Shown here: piece by piece, positions 10,773-22,249 of the stretch
Numbering within the stretch: position 1 is the first letter of the stretch
How the letters are laid out: the number at the start of each line of letters is the position of its first letter
Source: Thermodesulfobacteriota bacterium
GTDB lineage: Bacteria; Desulfobacterota_D; UBA1144; Nemesobacterales; JAJCZQ01
Length of the DNA: 64,000 bases
Assembly: GCA_965203965.1 (NCBI GenBank)
Contig: CBDBDR010000017.1
Location: forward strand, 278,440 to 342,439
Direction: 5' to 3'
Program-made: the position numbers and the translations under genes
The notes under the pieces: generated by a model
Told to the model about the DNA's origin: nothing
The model's database searches: none
The model's input: the letters and a program-made list of their open reading frames with translations, nothing else

Positions 10773-12041
10773 CTATAAGATGTTAATATCAAAGTCATAT
10801 CGTAAGCCGAGACTGAAAGTATTGGAAGTATCTGCATCTTCCATTTCAAAGTCAGTCAATACCCATTCTGCAAAGACTTTAGTGCTTGGATGCAGTTGCT
10901 TGATCAAAGTCAAATTGACGCCTTGTCGACCTTGGTTTCTATCGTCATCGTGCATAAAATAGCCCGCAATAGTCGTAACCCCGCTGTTGCCAAGATCTAG
11001 GGAAGTTACCACGTCCAAAGTATAAGGGTTTAACTCTTCTCCGTTAGACTCAACGGATTCATCAATATATTGATAAGTGGCGGCGATATAGAGAGCTTCT
11101 GTCACGTTAAAACTACCACCAATACCATAGAAATCCCTCTTATCTATATCATCGAGACCTTCAAGATTTTGCCTCAAGTAGGATATACCAAGATAGGCAG
11201 GTCCGTAACGGTAGCTTATCCCTACGCTGACTGCGTCTACATTGTCGGGAGCAGTGCTTACGCCGCTATTAGTGCGGAAAACCCTATCTTCGCCGGAACC
11301 AGTTTCCAACTCCCCGTTTACCTGCATACCAGCATCTATACTGAAACCCATGAAACTGTGTGCGTATCTTACTAAGTTATCGGTACGGAAAGGACCTTCA
11401 TTGTCATAGCCAAAAGGACTTGCTCGGTGGTAGTAAATGTCGGTTACCTCGGCAATGAGGTTATAGTATGGATCCCATTGCTTACCGATGGCAACAAGCC
11501 CGAACTGGTTGCTTTTCAAGCCCACATAAGCCTGCCTCGCATCACCAAAATCACCGTTGGCTTCAATGTCAACATCCCATTCTCCTTTTATCACAGCCGT
11601 CAAGTCCTCGCTTATCTTGGTACTGGCAGATATACCGACTCGGGACAGTGCATCAGTAATATCAAGGGATGAATCATTGTCGTTTTTGTAGGTCAGTCTG
11701 GGCCAAAACCTACCATAGATGGAGACGTCAACATTATCTTTCATTTTGGACATCATGGTGTCTTCTTCCATCATGGTGTCCATAGTGTCCTCTTCCATCA
11801 TTTCCTGTTCCTGAGCATCCTTTTGCTTCTGCATCATTGTCGGTTCCATTTTTTCCACGATCTGCTGAAGCCTTATTCTTTCCTCTTGCTCTTTTTTCAG
11901 TGCCTCTTCAAGTCTCATAATGCGGTCTTCTAACTTATTCATAGGGCTAGAGGATCCTGCATTGGCAAAACTCGGAAGCAACACTCCACAAATGACAACT
12001 CCAAGGAGAATTGTCAAAGTCTTATTGATATGGTTACTCAT
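10773..12041 (-). CDS. Putative outer-membrane beta-barrel porin with an N-terminal coiled-coil, Met/Glu/Asp-rich segment
   Basis: Signal peptide (…LLPSFANA), an acidic repeat (MMEEDTMDTMMEEDTMM), then alternating-hydrophobic beta strands to the C-terminus. Confidence 0.5.
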   Translation of the reverse strand: MSNHINKTLTILLGVVICGVLLPSFANAGSSSPMNKLEDRIMRLEEALKKEQEERIRLQQIVEKMEPTMMQKQKDAQEQEMMEEDTMDTMMEEDTMMSKMKDNVDVSIYGRFWPRLTYKNDNDSSLDITDALSRVGISASTKISEDLTAVIKGEWDVDIEANGDFGDARQAYVGLKSNQFGLVAIGKQWDPYYNLIAEVTDIYYHRASPFGYDNEGPFRTDNLVRYAHSFMGFSIDAGMQVNGELETGSGEDRVFRTNSGVSTAPDNVDAVSVGISYRYGPAYLGISYLRQNLEGLDDIDKRDFYGIGGSFNVTEALYIAATYQYIDESVESNGEELNPYTLDVVTSLDLGNSGVTTIAGYFMHDDDRNQGRQGVNLTLIKQLHPSTKVFAEWVLTDFEMEDADTSNTFSLGLRYDFDINIL

Positions 12042-12239
12042 AGCTAACCTCCTTATTATTTTTGAAATTGATTTATTAAAACTGCATTAAATTAATATTA
12101 AAATACTTTTGACCCGATATTTCAAGTTATTTATTTTTTCACGCGAAATTAATGCAAGTTAATTTGTTCATTGTGTCTCTTTGTGCGTTGGCAAATTTCA
12201 TTGAAACTGAAGGTGATCTTGTATAACATAGTTTCTCAT

Positions 12240-13324
12240 ATGTTTAGAAAATCCAGACGGATCTCAATTGGAGGGGTGGATGTAGGAGGAGGAGCCGCGG
12301 TGTCAGTTCAATCAATGACAATAACTGATACGCGGGACGTTGAAGCTACTGTTGGTGAAATAAAAAGACTTGAAAATGCAGGTTGTGATATAGTGCGCGT
12401 TGCCGTTCCGGATATGGATGCATGTAAGGCAATAGGGAAGATAAAAAAGCAGATAAAAATACCCATAATATCAGATATACATTTTGATTATCGTCTTGCA
12501 CTTGAAGCCGTCAGGCAGGGTGTTGATGGCATGAGGATCAACCCTGGCAACATAGGTGCCAAATATAAAATAAAAGCCGTAGTGGATGCAGTAAAAGAAA
12601 GAGACATTCCTATCAGGATTGGTGTTAATTCCGGTTCACTTGAAAAAGATATACTCAAAAAGCACGGAAATCCTACGGCAGAGGCTTTGGTGGAAAGTGC
12701 TATCAGGCATGTTCATATTCTGGAAGATTTTGATTTTTACGACATTAAAATATCGGTCAAGTCAACCGATGTAAAAAAAATGATAAAGGCATACAGGCTG
12801 CTTGCAGAAAAGACCGAATATCCTCTTCACCTTGGGGTAACTGAAGCCGGAACACCAAAAATGGGAGTTGTAAAGTCATCAATTGGTATAGGAAGCCTTT
12901 TGGCAGATGGGATAGGTGATACGATCAGAGTTTCATTGACCGGCGACCCGGTTAACGAGGTGATAACTGGGATAAACGTCCTTAGATCTCTTGGAATGAG
13001 GAACAACGGTATTGAGCTTATATCATGTCCTGGTTGTGGTAGGCTGGAGATTGATCTTATAAAATTGGTCAATGACGTTGAGGAAAGAGTGGGTGGGATT
13101 GAACTGCCCAGACCTGTTAAGGTGGCAATCCTTGGCTGCGTGGTGAATGGTCCTGGTGAGGCATCAGAAGCTGACATAGGAATAGCGGGAGGTAAGGGTA
13201 AAGGTATGCTTTACAAAGATGGAAAACTTATACGTTCTTTTAAGGAAGAGGATATTGTGGATGAACTTGTTAAGGAGATAGAGATTTTCGCTGACTGCCC
13301 CTCAACGATTTCTGCCGAACATCA

Positions 13325-13346
<22 letters not shown>
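12240..13346 (+). CDS. ispG: 4-hydroxy-3-methylbut-2-enyl diphosphate synthase (IspG/GcpE)
   Basis: …ISIGGVDVGGGAAVSVQSMT… plus a C-terminal [4Fe-4S] cysteine region (CPGCGR…GCVVNGPGE). Start chosen at the internal Met (MFRKS…); the ORF opens at 12171. Confidence 0.9.
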
Positions 13347-13401
<55 letters not shown>

Positions 13402-13461
13402 CCAGGTAACTGAGTAGTGTATTAAAACCTGAATACATGTCAAGTTGTGCTCTAAAACATC

Positions 13462-15273
13462 TCAATTTATTTGTGATAATTCCACGGTTTCTTGAACCAT
13501 GTCCTTTAGAAGATCCAACCCCCCTTGCCAGAAATTGGGATCGTTGATGTTTACCCCTACCTTTTTAATAAGAAGTTCAGGTGGTTCACTGCCACCAGCG
13601 GATAGCATGTCAAGGTATTTGGGAACAAATGATCTTCCATCTTGCAGATATTTCTGATAAAGTGCCAGAACAAGCAGTTCACCGAATGAATAGGCATAGC
13701 AGTAAAAAGGGGAATGAATAAAATGCGGTATATACATCCACCAGATTTTGTAGTTTTCCGTTAGCTCAACCGATTTGCCAAACATAGTTTTGTTCACTTC
13801 CATCCAAAGCTCATTGATTCTTTCTTTCACAAGTTCGCCTTCTTTGCGTCTGGCTGTGTGGAGAGCATGCTCAAACTTGGTCATAACCACCTGTCTGAAA
13901 ACCGTGGCGAAAGCGTCTTCAAGTTTTCCACACATAAGAGCCAGTTTTGCTTCCCTGTTTTTCTCGTTTTTTATTAGCTTGTCAAAGACAAGCATTTCCG
14001 CAAAGACACTGGCAGTTTCCGCTGTGGTAAGTGGAGTATTTGCCTGTAAATGCCCCTGTTTTTTTGAGAGGTATTGATGAATGCCGTGTCCCAATTCATG
14101 GGCTACCGTCATAACGTCTCTCATTTTTCCAGAGTAATTAACAAGCACATAAGGGTGAGCACTGGGGACGGTGCCATGGCTGAATGCCCCGCCTCTTTTG
14201 CCTTCTCTAAGCTCTGCGTCTATCCAGTTTTTATCAAAGAACATTGTGGCTATTTTTGCCATCTTTACCGAGAAATCACCGAACGCCTCCAAGATGATTC
14301 TTTTTGCCTCATCATAATTTACCGTTTTGTCCCCTGATAATACCGGTGCATATCTGTCATAATCATACATTTTTCCCAGCTTGAGAACTGTTTTCTTCAG
14401 CTTGTAGTATTTTTCAACAATGTTGTAGTTTTTTACGCATGATTCGAGCAAAGTGGTTACAGTTTGTTCATCAATCTCATTGTCGAGATTTCTGTGTGAC
14501 ATTGCATGGGGGTATGCTCGTAAACGGTCGTTGATTGAGTGATCATTTACAATTGTGTTAAATATGTAGGTTATAACGTGAGAATTCTGGTCAAGCCCTT
14601 TTGTAAGACTCACAGAAGCGGCTTTTCTTACTTTTCTATCTGGGTCATAAAGGAGTGAGAGGATCTCTGTTTCCGTTAGATTTTGAATTTTACCCTTTAA
14701 CTTGATTTGAAATTTGATGTTATTTATTAATTCATCAAACAGCCTGATAAACGCCCTTGAACCCGTGTTGGCTTTTTCAGCAAGAATTTTTTCCTCTGCT
14801 TCAGAAAGTGTGTGGGGTTTATATTTTCTCTGGTGCTTCAAGATATGGGCATAGTCTGAAAGTTGATTGTCTTTCAGCAGTTTGTTTGCAGTTTTGTCTG
14901 AAAGCTCAACCCATTCAAGCTCAAAAAAGATCAGCGTTTTTCTTATCTCAGTAGTTTTTTCCTGAATTGATTGCAAAAAAGCACCATACTCAGGGTTTCT
15001 GGTATCGCCGGCAAAGAGCAAATAGGCAAAGGACAGCAGTTTATCAATGGATTCCGATATTGTTTCCAGTTCTTTGACTGCTTTTAACAACTTAGAACTG
15101 TTTAGTTTGTCGGATCTTATTTTATTCCTGTATTTTTTCTCAAAACGTTGAGCGTCTTGACGTGTTTTACCTATATCACGTTCTATGTTTTTGTCGTCTA
15201 ATCCTTTATAAAGGTCATTTAAGTTCCACCTTACACCTTCGGCTCCAGTTCGGTTCTTTTCTGCTCTACTCAT
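13462..15273 (-). CDS. pepF: Oligoendopeptidase F (M3B family)
   Basis: 603 aa with the HEXXH zinc motif (VAHELGHGIH). Confidence 0.85.
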   Translation of the reverse strand: MSRAEKNRTGAEGVRWNLNDLYKGLDDKNIERDIGKTRQDAQRFEKKYRNKIRSDKLNSSKLLKAVKELETISESIDKLLSFAYLLFAGDTRNPEYGAFLQSIQEKTTEIRKTLIFFELEWVELSDKTANKLLKDNQLSDYAHILKHQRKYKPHTLSEAEEKILAEKANTGSRAFIRLFDELINNIKFQIKLKGKIQNLTETEILSLLYDPDRKVRKAASVSLTKGLDQNSHVITYIFNTIVNDHSINDRLRAYPHAMSHRNLDNEIDEQTVTTLLESCVKNYNIVEKYYKLKKTVLKLGKMYDYDRYAPVLSGDKTVNYDEAKRIILEAFGDFSVKMAKIATMFFDKNWIDAELREGKRGGAFSHGTVPSAHPYVLVNYSGKMRDVMTVAHELGHGIHQYLSKKQGHLQANTPLTTAETASVFAEMLVFDKLIKNEKNREAKLALMCGKLEDAFATVFRQVVMTKFEHALHTARRKEGELVKERINELWMEVNKTMFGKSVELTENYKIWWMYIPHFIHSPFYCYAYSFGELLVLALYQKYLQDGRSFVPKYLDMLSAGGSEPPELLIKKVGVNINDPNFWQGGLDLLKDMVQETVELSQIN

Positions 15274-15282
15274 TGTCCTCTC

Positions 15283-15750
15283 TTATCCTTTCTGGTTGTT
15301 TTCCAGTTTCTGAAGTTCTCTTCTTACAATCTGGTTTATTAATTTACCGTCCGCTTTTCCCTTGAGATGTGGCATAACTAGTTTCATAACGGTTCCCAAG
15401 TCCTTGATTCCACCGACATCACTTCCCGCGATGATCTCCAGAACTTTACCGGTGATTTCATTTTCAGAAAACTGCTCAGGCATATATTTCATCAATATAT
15501 CCATTTCTTGCTTTTCTATGTCCGCAGCGTCTTTACGGTCTACTTTGATATATTCTTCTGCAGCCTCTCTTCTTTTTTTGATCTCGCTTGATACCACTTG
15601 GATAACCTGTTTGTCGTCCAGTTTATTCTTGTTTTCAATCTCCTTATTTTTTATGGATGCCTGAAGCATTCTTAGAACGTTAAGCTCAAGTGATCTCTTC
15701 TCACGTAGGGCGGATTTTAAATCTTCTGGTATTTGATCTCTTAATCCCAT
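15283..15750 (-). CDS. GatB/YqeY-domain protein
   Basis: 155 aa. …IPEDLKSALREKRSLELNVLRMLQASIKN… is typical of YqeY. Confidence 0.7.
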   Translation of the reverse strand: MGLRDQIPEDLKSALREKRSLELNVLRMLQASIKNKEIENKNKLDDKQVIQVVSSEIKKRREAAEEYIKVDRKDAADIEKQEMDILMKYMPEQFSENEITGKVLEIIAGSDVGGIKDLGTVMKLVMPHLKGKADGKLINQIVRRELQKLENNQKG

Positions 15751-15751
15751 A

Positions 15752-16282
15752 TTACTCTCCTTTGACGCTCAACTCATATATCCCATTCAGATTTCTACCC
15801 CATCCATTGTAGTCCATTCCATAACCAACAAGGAACCCCCCATCAACATCAAATACTTTGTAGTCTGCTGATATGCCAATTTCACGTCTTTCTTTTTTAT
15901 CAATTAAGGTGCACGTTTTCAAACTTTTGGGTTTATGTCTGCCAAGGTATTTCTTTAAGTAAGCGAGCGATTTTCCAGTGTCAATAATGTCTTCCACTAT
16001 TATCACTGCTCTTTCAGAAATATCAGTTGATAGATCATTGATGAGTGAAATCTCTCTTGCCGTCCTGCCTTTCGGGTAGCTTGAAATTTTAATGAAATCA
16101 ATTTCATGGTTTATTTTGATGCTTCTTGCCAGATCAGATAGAAACATGCAACTACCGTTCAAAACCCCTATCAAGATAGGATCCAGATTTCTATAATCTT
16201 TGGATATTATAGTTCCGAGTTGTCTTACTTTTTCGTTAATCTGGCTTGCGCTGAATATAGGTTTCAATGAGGCTTTATTCAT
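15752..16282 (-). CDS. hpt: Hypoxanthine(-guanine) phosphoribosyltransferase
   Basis: PRPP-binding motif VIIVEDIIDTGKSL. 176 aa. Confidence 0.85.
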   Translation of the reverse strand: MNKASLKPIFSASQINEKVRQLGTIISKDYRNLDPILIGVLNGSCMFLSDLARSIKINHEIDFIKISSYPKGRTAREISLINDLSTDISERAVIIVEDIIDTGKSLAYLKKYLGRHKPKSLKTCTLIDKKERREIGISADYKVFDVDGGFLVGYGMDYNGWGRNLNGIYELSVKGE

Positions 16283-16300
16283 AGGTTATAGGAAAACTTG

Positions 16301-16699
16301 TCAGAATTTAAAATTCGGTATCAATTCAAGAATTGAATCTCTTAAAAAATTTCGTGAATATACATTGGGGTCAACTACCCGGTCATTCCATACTAATATA
16401 TCAAGATCTATGGTTCTCGGTCTATTTTTTATTGTTGTTTTTTTTCTCCCAAGTTTTATCTCAATATCCTTTAAAATTTTATCAATACCGGTTTCATCGT
16501 GTTCAGTCTCTATAAGAAAAGCCCCATTCAGGAAATCATCCTGATTTTCGTATCCGATAGGTTTTGTGAAAATAAATTTTGAAGAATTTAAAATCTTTAA
16601 CTTCAAAGAGACTTTCTCCATCGCGAGCTTGATATTGTCTTTGGGGTTAATGTTTGAACCTGCCCCGATAACTGCGGTGTTTGTTTTAACTCTGCTCAA
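16301..16699 (-). CDS. folK: 2-amino-4-hydroxy-6-hydroxymethyldihydropteridine pyrophosphokinase (HPPK)
   Basis: 132 aa. AVIGAGSNI… and …IDLDILVW… motifs. Confidence 0.8.
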   Translation of the reverse strand: MSRVKTNTAVIGAGSNINPKDNIKLAMEKVSLKLKILNSSKFIFTKPIGYENQDDFLNGAFLIETEHDETGIDKILKDIEIKLGRKKTTIKNRPRTIDLDILVWNDRVVDPNVYSRNFLRDSILELIPNFKF

Positions 16700-17036
16700 T
16701 TGTGTGTGTTACTGAAACGGAATCTGCAAATCTTAAAGCACCCGGCTTGTCAACTCTGACTATTGCTTTTTTTATTTTTTTATCTTCCATTATAATGCTG
16801 CCAATAGAGACGACCATTTTTTCCAGAAGATTAAAACTTTCTTTTTCCACATAGTTTATGATTTTTTTGTTTAGGGATTTATAGTCAACAGTATCCTCAA
16901 TCCTGTCATTTTTTCCTGCCATTGTACCATCAAACTCCAATTCAATATTAATGTTTACGTCCTGTTTTTTCTCTTTTTCCCAGTCAAACACTCCTATAAT
17001 TGTTCTCAGCTTTAAATTTTCTATCTTTATTATCAT
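16686..17036 (-). CDS. folB: Dihydroneopterin aldolase
   Basis: 116 aa. Conserved MIIKIENLKLRTIIGVFDWEKEKKQDV… Overlaps folK by 14 nt. Confidence 0.8.
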   Translation of the reverse strand: MIIKIENLKLRTIIGVFDWEKEKKQDVNINIELEFDGTMAGKNDRIEDTVDYKSLNKKIINYVEKESFNLLEKMVVSIGSIIMEDKKIKKAIVRVDKPGALRFADSVSVTHTIEQS

Positions 17037-17038
17037 TT

Positions 17039-17749
17039 TTACAAGTGTTGACCACCATCTATAAACATGGTTTCCCCAGTGATGAACTCGTTGGTTATTA
17101 AATACCTGACGGCTTGGTTAATATAGCTTGTATTGCCAACTTTTTTCAAGGGTGTTTTCAAGGCAATTTTCTTGAGTTTTTTCATATCATCTCCTTGTGC
17201 AGGCATTATGGGACCGGGACAAATGGCATTTACCCTGATTTTTGGAGCAAGCTCTTTAGCAAGCATTAGTGTGAGTTGATGAAGTAGTTTTTTACTCAGA
17301 TTGTAAACAAAGTGTGCATTGTGGACCTTGGAAATTCTTGAATCAAGCATATTTATGATCATTCCACTTGAGATGTTTTTTGCAAAATTCTGGGAAAGAA
17401 AAAAAGGGGATTTGAAATTTATATTGAAGTCAGCGTCAAAGCTTTTCTCAGTCACATCGGCAAACCTTATTTCTCTAAATATTGAAGCGTTGTTAATAAG
17501 GATTTTAAGGCCGGGGAATTTTGTTATTACTTTACTTATTAAAGCTGAACTTGCAGAGGGGTCAGACAGATCAGCCTTGAAAATTTCACATTTAACGCCG
17601 AGTTTTTGAATATCTAATTTTGTTCTATCTGCTTCCTCACTTGACAAATTATAATGAATTGCCACGTCATACCCCATACCGGCGAGCTCCATTGAGAGTG
17701 ATCTTCCTATTCTTATAGATCCACCTGTTATAAGTGCTGCATTTGCCAT
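17039..17749 (-). CDS. Short-chain dehydrogenase/reductase, probably a pteridine reductase (FolM/PTR1-like) given its place in the operon
   Basis: Rossmann motif TGGSIRIGR plus the YxxxK catalytic motif (YNLSK). It sits directly upstream of folB-folK. Confidence 0.65.
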   Translation of the reverse strand: MANAALITGGSIRIGRSLSMELAGMGYDVAIHYNLSSEEADRTKLDIQKLGVKCEIFKADLSDPSASSALISKVITKFPGLKILINNASIFREIRFADVTEKSFDADFNINFKSPFFLSQNFAKNISSGMIINMLDSRISKVHNAHFVYNLSKKLLHQLTLMLAKELAPKIRVNAICPGPIMPAQGDDMKKLKKIALKTPLKKVGNTSYINQAVRYLITNEFITGETMFIDGGQHL

Positions 17750-17955
17750 TTTTTATTGTTACAGTTTTTCCTTATCTCGTATTATACTAATGAAGAGCAA
17801 ATCTTTGTTTTTACCAAAAGTCGTTTTACTTCCTGTATTAAAAGTATTAGTTTATCTGATAATTTTCTGGCCAGAAAATATTTGACTTACTTGATAGATT
17901 GTTTATGTTCAATGGTCAAATTAATATTTACAGAGATTGTTGAAGGGGGTTATTC

Positions 17956-18975
17956 ATGAGAGCAATAACTTTATTATTTATGGCTGTTATTTTTCCTCTA
18001 CTTGTGAACACGGTTCAAGGTGGAACACTTGAAAAGGTCAAGCAGCAGGGCAAGTTGGACTGCATTATTTCATCCGGATTGGCAGGGTTTTCCTCAACGG
18101 ATGCAAAAGGCAACTGGCAGGGTTTTGACGTAGATTTTTGTAGAGCTGTTGCTGCTGCCGTTTTGGGTAGTGGTGACAAAGTAAAATTTATTCCTTCCAC
18201 GAATGAGGAGCGTTTTACCAAGCTAAATTCCGGCGAAGGCGACATTTTGTTCCGTAACACCACTGAAACGTTCAGTCGTGATACTGATCTGAAATTAACT
18301 TTTCTACCCGTTAATTACTACGATGGTCAGGGTTTTCTAATCCGCAAAGATCTTGGTGTGAAATCCGTAATGGAATTGGAGGGAGCTTCTATATGTATTC
18401 AGACGGGAACTACCACTGAATTGAATCTGGCTGATTATTTCCGTTCCAATAATATTAAATATGAGCCGGTTAATACTAAAACCAATGAAGAAAGCATTAA
18501 GAATTATGAGAGTAAGAGGTGCGACGCATATACAACTGACACATCTGGATTGGCTGCTACGCGTGCGGTGCTGAAAAATCCTTCGGATCACATTATTCTT
18601 CCTGAGATAATTTCAAAAGAACCTCTTGCCGGTGCTGTGCGTCAAGGCGACGACCAGTGGGCAGATATAGGTAAGTGGGTTGTTAATGCAATAATAATTG
18701 CTGAAGAGTTGGGAATTAACTCAAAGAACGTATTAAAACATGCATCTGCACCGGGTAAAGATCCAAAAATTAATCGTCTTTTGGGTACTGCAGGTAATAT
18801 GGGTGCAAAACTTGGGCTTGATAAAGAATGGGCGGTTCGCGCAATTTCAGCCGTGGGTAACTATGGTGAGATATTTGATTCAAATATTGGTTCCAAAACA
18901 CCTATCAACTTAGAAAGGGGTTTAAATGCTCTCTGGAAAAACGGCGGGATATTGTATGCAGCCCCTATACGTTGA
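17956..18975 (+). CDS. Periplasmic substrate-binding protein of a polar/general L-amino-acid ABC transporter (AapJ/BztA-like)
   Basis: Signal peptide, 339 aa, SBP family 3 features. Operon with two permeases and an ATPase. Confidence 0.8.
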   Translation: MRAITLLFMAVIFPLLVNTVQGGTLEKVKQQGKLDCIISSGLAGFSSTDAKGNWQGFDVDFCRAVAAAVLGSGDKVKFIPSTNEERFTKLNSGEGDILFRNTTETFSRDTDLKLTFLPVNYYDGQGFLIRKDLGVKSVMELEGASICIQTGTTTELNLADYFRSNNIKYEPVNTKTNEESIKNYESKRCDAYTTDTSGLAATRAVLKNPSDHIILPEIISKEPLAGAVRQGDDQWADIGKWVVNAIIIAEELGINSKNVLKHASAPGKDPKINRLLGTAGNMGAKLGLDKEWAVRAISAVGNYGEIFDSNIGSKTPINLERGLNALWKNGGILYAAPIR

Positions 18976-19006
18976 TCAGGTATTGCCTCGGTAAGATGTC
19001 CTAACA

Positions 19007-20212
19007 ATGGACAAAGGAACCGAAATTTCCAATCGAACTGGATCTTCACAAAGAATCCTGTCCCGGCTGTGGAATGATGAAGCATCCAGATCGGTTATAA
19101 TCCAAATAATTGCGTTTGCACTGATATTCGGATTATTAATATACTTTATAAGAAATGTTGTTGTTAATCTTGAGGCAATAGGAAAGGGTTTCAGTTTTAA
19201 CTATTTATGGGAACCTGCAGGTTATGATATAAATCAGCGCCTGATAGAATATACCTCTCATTCCACTCACTTCCGGGCTATGGTAGTGGGGATACTCAAT
19301 ACGTTATTGGTGGCGATTAGTGGGATTATTTTGTCAACTATACTGGGTTTTTTCCTCGGTGTTTTGCGATTATCAAAAAACTGGCTGACAAGTAAATTAG
19401 CCTATGTTTATGTTGAATACGTCAGGAATGTTCCTGTGTTGCTCCATATATTTTTGGTATATGGCATCATGGTTAATACACTGCCGGTGCCAAGAGAGGC
19501 ACAAAGTCTGGGAGATATTGCTTTTCTGACTAATCGTGGTTTTTTTCTTCCAAAACCGCTTTTTGAACCTCTGTTCTGGGTGGTATCATTACTGTTTATT
19601 GCAGGTGTTGTTTTTGTTATATTGTTCCGCAGGCACGCACGTAAAATACAACATAAAACTGGAAAGCAATACCCGACTTTCTTAATATCAATGTTAGTGG
19701 TATTGGTCGTTCCGTTTGTGGCTTATTTTCTGACAGGTAGTCCAATCGCTTGGGATATACCAAAATTCAAGGGATTTAATTTTGCGGGGGGTATTGTGAT
19801 CAGACCTGAATTCATTGCGCTTTGGCTTGCTCTGTCCTTATATACCGCGTCTTTCATTAGTGAGATTGTCAGGGCAGGAATTATAGCTATTGATCGTGGA
19901 CAGACTGAGGCTTCTCTATCTCTTGGCATAAGTCGGAGCAAAACACTTGATTTGGTTATTATACCCCAGGCACTCAGGGTGATCGTGCCGCCTCTTACTT
20001 CCCAGTATCTTAACATTACCAAAAATTCATCTCTTGCTGTTGCAATCGGTTATATGGATATTGTTGCAACTATTGGTGGTATTTCACTGAATCAAACGGG
20101 CAGGGAAGTGGAGTGTATGCTTATTGTATTATCCTTATATCTGGTTTTATCCCTGTTAATATCGTCGGCTATGAATATATACAACAAACGGATTAAATTG
20201 GTTGAACGTTAG
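19007..20212 (+). CDS. ABC amino-acid permease (AapQ/BztB-like)
   Basis: Multi-TM ORF with the EAA-like permease loop (…ASLSLGISRSKTLDLVIIPQALRVIVPPL…). Confidence 0.8.
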   Translation: MDKGTEISNRTGSSQRILSRLWNDEASRSVIIQIIAFALIFGLLIYFIRNVVVNLEAIGKGFSFNYLWEPAGYDINQRLIEYTSHSTHFRAMVVGILNTLLVAISGIILSTILGFFLGVLRLSKNWLTSKLAYVYVEYVRNVPVLLHIFLVYGIMVNTLPVPREAQSLGDIAFLTNRGFFLPKPLFEPLFWVVSLLFIAGVVFVILFRRHARKIQHKTGKQYPTFLISMLVVLVVPFVAYFLTGSPIAWDIPKFKGFNFAGGIVIRPEFIALWLALSLYTASFISEIVRAGIIAIDRGQTEASLSLGISRSKTLDLVIIPQALRVIVPPLTSQYLNITKNSSLAVAIGYMDIVATIGGISLNQTGREVECMLIVLSLYLVLSLLISSAMNIYNKRIKLVER

Positions 20213-20281
20213 GAAGGTGCAGTCATAAGTAAGCAAAACTATAAAATTGGAGAACACCCTGATCTTCCACCACCACCTGGT

Positions 20282-21334
20282 GTGATAGGCCCCTACGCTT
20301 GGGTAAGGGAAAATCTTTTATCGTCTCCCGCTAATATAGTGATGACTATACTCACATGCTGGCTATTGTTTGAGATCATACCTCCTTTAATGAATTGGCT
20401 ATTTCTTGATGCTGCCTATACGGGAGAGAGTCGAGATGAGTGTCGTGCCGTCGCCAGTGGGGCATGCTGGGCTTTTATCGGAGAGCGTCTTAGCCTGTTC
20501 ACTTATGGTTTTTATCCTGTTGCTGAACGTTGGAGAGTTAATCTGTCCTTTATTCTGCTAATAATTGCCATTGTCCCAATCCTGTATGACAAGGTGCCTT
20601 ATCGTAAATATGGGTTTTATTTTGCAGCCGCTTTCCCTTTTATTGCCGGTTGGCTTTTAATTGGAGGGTTCGGACTAACGCCAGTTGAAACCGATAGATT
20701 TGGTGGTTTTATGCTGACTTTGGTCATTGGTATTACTGGTATAGCATTTTCACTTCCGATTGGAATACTGCTTGCCCTTGGCCGCCGGTCCTCAATGAGA
20801 GTTATTCGTTTATCTTCAATTTGCTTTATAGAGTTCATTCGTGGGGTACCTCTGATTGCTTTACTGTTTGTGGCTTCAACAATGCTTAACTATTTTCTTC
20901 CCCCGGGACTGACTTTTGATCTCTTGCTACGGGTGTTGATCATGGTTACGTTGTTCGCGTCGGCTTATATGGCTGAAGTTGTTCGGGGCGGATTGCAGGC
21001 AATACCCAAAGGGCAATCTGAAGCGGCAGACGCACTGGGTCTCAAATACTGGTCTACTGAACGATTGATAATTCTTCCGCAGGCATTGAAGATATCCATA
21101 CCAGGTATAGTAAACACCTTTATCGGATTATATAAGGATACAACCCTGGTAATTATTATCGGTTTATTGGATCCACTGGGTATTGGCAGAGCATCTTTGG
21201 CAGATACAAAATGGACAGGGCTTTCCAGTGAAGTTTACTTATTTGTAGCTATATTCTTTTTTATTTCCTGTTTTGGTATGTCCAGATATTCATTATATCT
21301 AGAGAATAAGCTGAAAACTGACCACAAAAAGTAA
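20282..21334 (+). CDS. ABC amino-acid permease (AapM/BztC-like)
   Basis: Multi-TM ORF with the permease loop (…[27 protein letters not shown]…). Confidence 0.8.
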   Translation: MIGPYAWVRENLLSSPANIVMTILTCWLLFEIIPPLMNWLFLDAAYTGESRDECRAVASGACWAFIGERLSLFTYGFYPVAERWRVNLSFILLIIAIVPILYDKVPYRKYGFYFAAAFPFIAGWLLIGGFGLTPVETDRFGGFMLTLVIGITGIAFSLPIGILLALGRRSSMRVIRLSSICFIEFIRGVPLIALLFVASTMLNYFLPPGLTFDLLLRVLIMVTLFASAYMAEVVRGGLQAIPKGQSEAADALGLKYWSTERLIILPQALKISIPGIVNTFIGLYKDTTLVIIIGLLDPLGIGRASLADTKWTGLSSEVYLFVAIFFFISCFGMSRYSLYLENKLKTDHKK

Positions 21335-21348
21335 GGAGCGCATCTGTA

Positions 21349-22134
21349 ATGAAGAGGCAAAAAAAATCAATCCAAGAAAACATGAGTTCAAACTCGGAGA
21401 GTTACGCGATTGTAATTCAGGAAATGCACAAATGGTACGGTCAGTTTCACGTCTTAAAAAATATTAATCTTAAAATTAGGCACGGCGAGAAGATCGTTGT
21501 ATGCGGCCCATCTGGTTCGGGTAAATCAACTGTGATCAGATGTATTAACCGTCTTGAGGAGTATCAAAGGGGAAAGATAGTGGTTGATGGAATAGAATTG
21601 ACCCGTGATCTGAAAAACATTGAGGTTATCCGGCGTGAAGTAGGGATGGTTTTTCAACATTTCAATCTGTTTCCGCACTTAACTGTTTTGGAAAACTGTA
21701 CTCTTGCCCCCATCTGGGTTCGCAAAATGCCTCTTGTCAAGGCAAAAGAAATAGCAATGCAGTATTTGGAGAGAGTTAAAATACCGGAGCAGGCAAATAA
21801 ATACCCCGGACAACTGTCCGGCGGTCAGCAACAACGAGTTGCAATTGCTAGAAGTCTCTGTATGAATCCCCGCATCATGCTGTTTGATGAACCTACATCC
21901 GCCTTGGATCCTGAAATGATAAAAGAAGTGCTGGAGGTAATGATTCAGCTAGCTGGTGAAGGTATCACAATGATATGTGTAACCCATGAAATGGGATTTG
22001 CGAGAAAAGTTGCCGACCGTGTCATATTTATGGATGGTGGAGAAATAATTGAGGAAAATAATCCTGAGGATTTTTTCCTCAATCCCCAGCATGAAAGAAC
22101 CAAACTGTTTCTCAGCCAGATACTGAATCATTAG
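21349..22134 (+). CDS. ABC transporter ATP-binding protein (polar amino-acid type, AapP/GlnQ-like)
   Basis: Walker [10 protein letters not shown], signature [13 protein letters not shown], Walker [11 protein letters not shown]. Confidence 0.9.
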   Translation: MKRQKKSIQENMSSNSESYAIVIQEMHKWYGQFHVLKNINLKIRHGEKIVVCGPSGSGKSTVIRCINRLEEYQRGKIVVDGIELTRDLKNIEVIRREVGMVFQHFNLFPHLTVLENCTLAPIWVRKMPLVKAKEIAMQYLERVKIPEQANKYPGQLSGGQQQRVAIARSLCMNPRIMLFDEPTSALDPEMIKEVLEVMIQLAGEGITMICVTHEMGFARKVADRVIFMDGGEIIEENNPEDFFLNPQHERTKLFLSQILNH

Positions 22135-22249
22135 TGCCGAAGCGTTGAAACTGTTTTTGCAATAATTTCTATTTATGTGTATTGCCTATTCAAATTAAAT
22201 TATTTATCATTTTTACCCTTTATTCTGCTTAAGGCAAACAAGGATTAAA

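Noticed and set aside
12827-13177. 116-aa minus-strand ORF
   Set aside because: Antisense within ispG.
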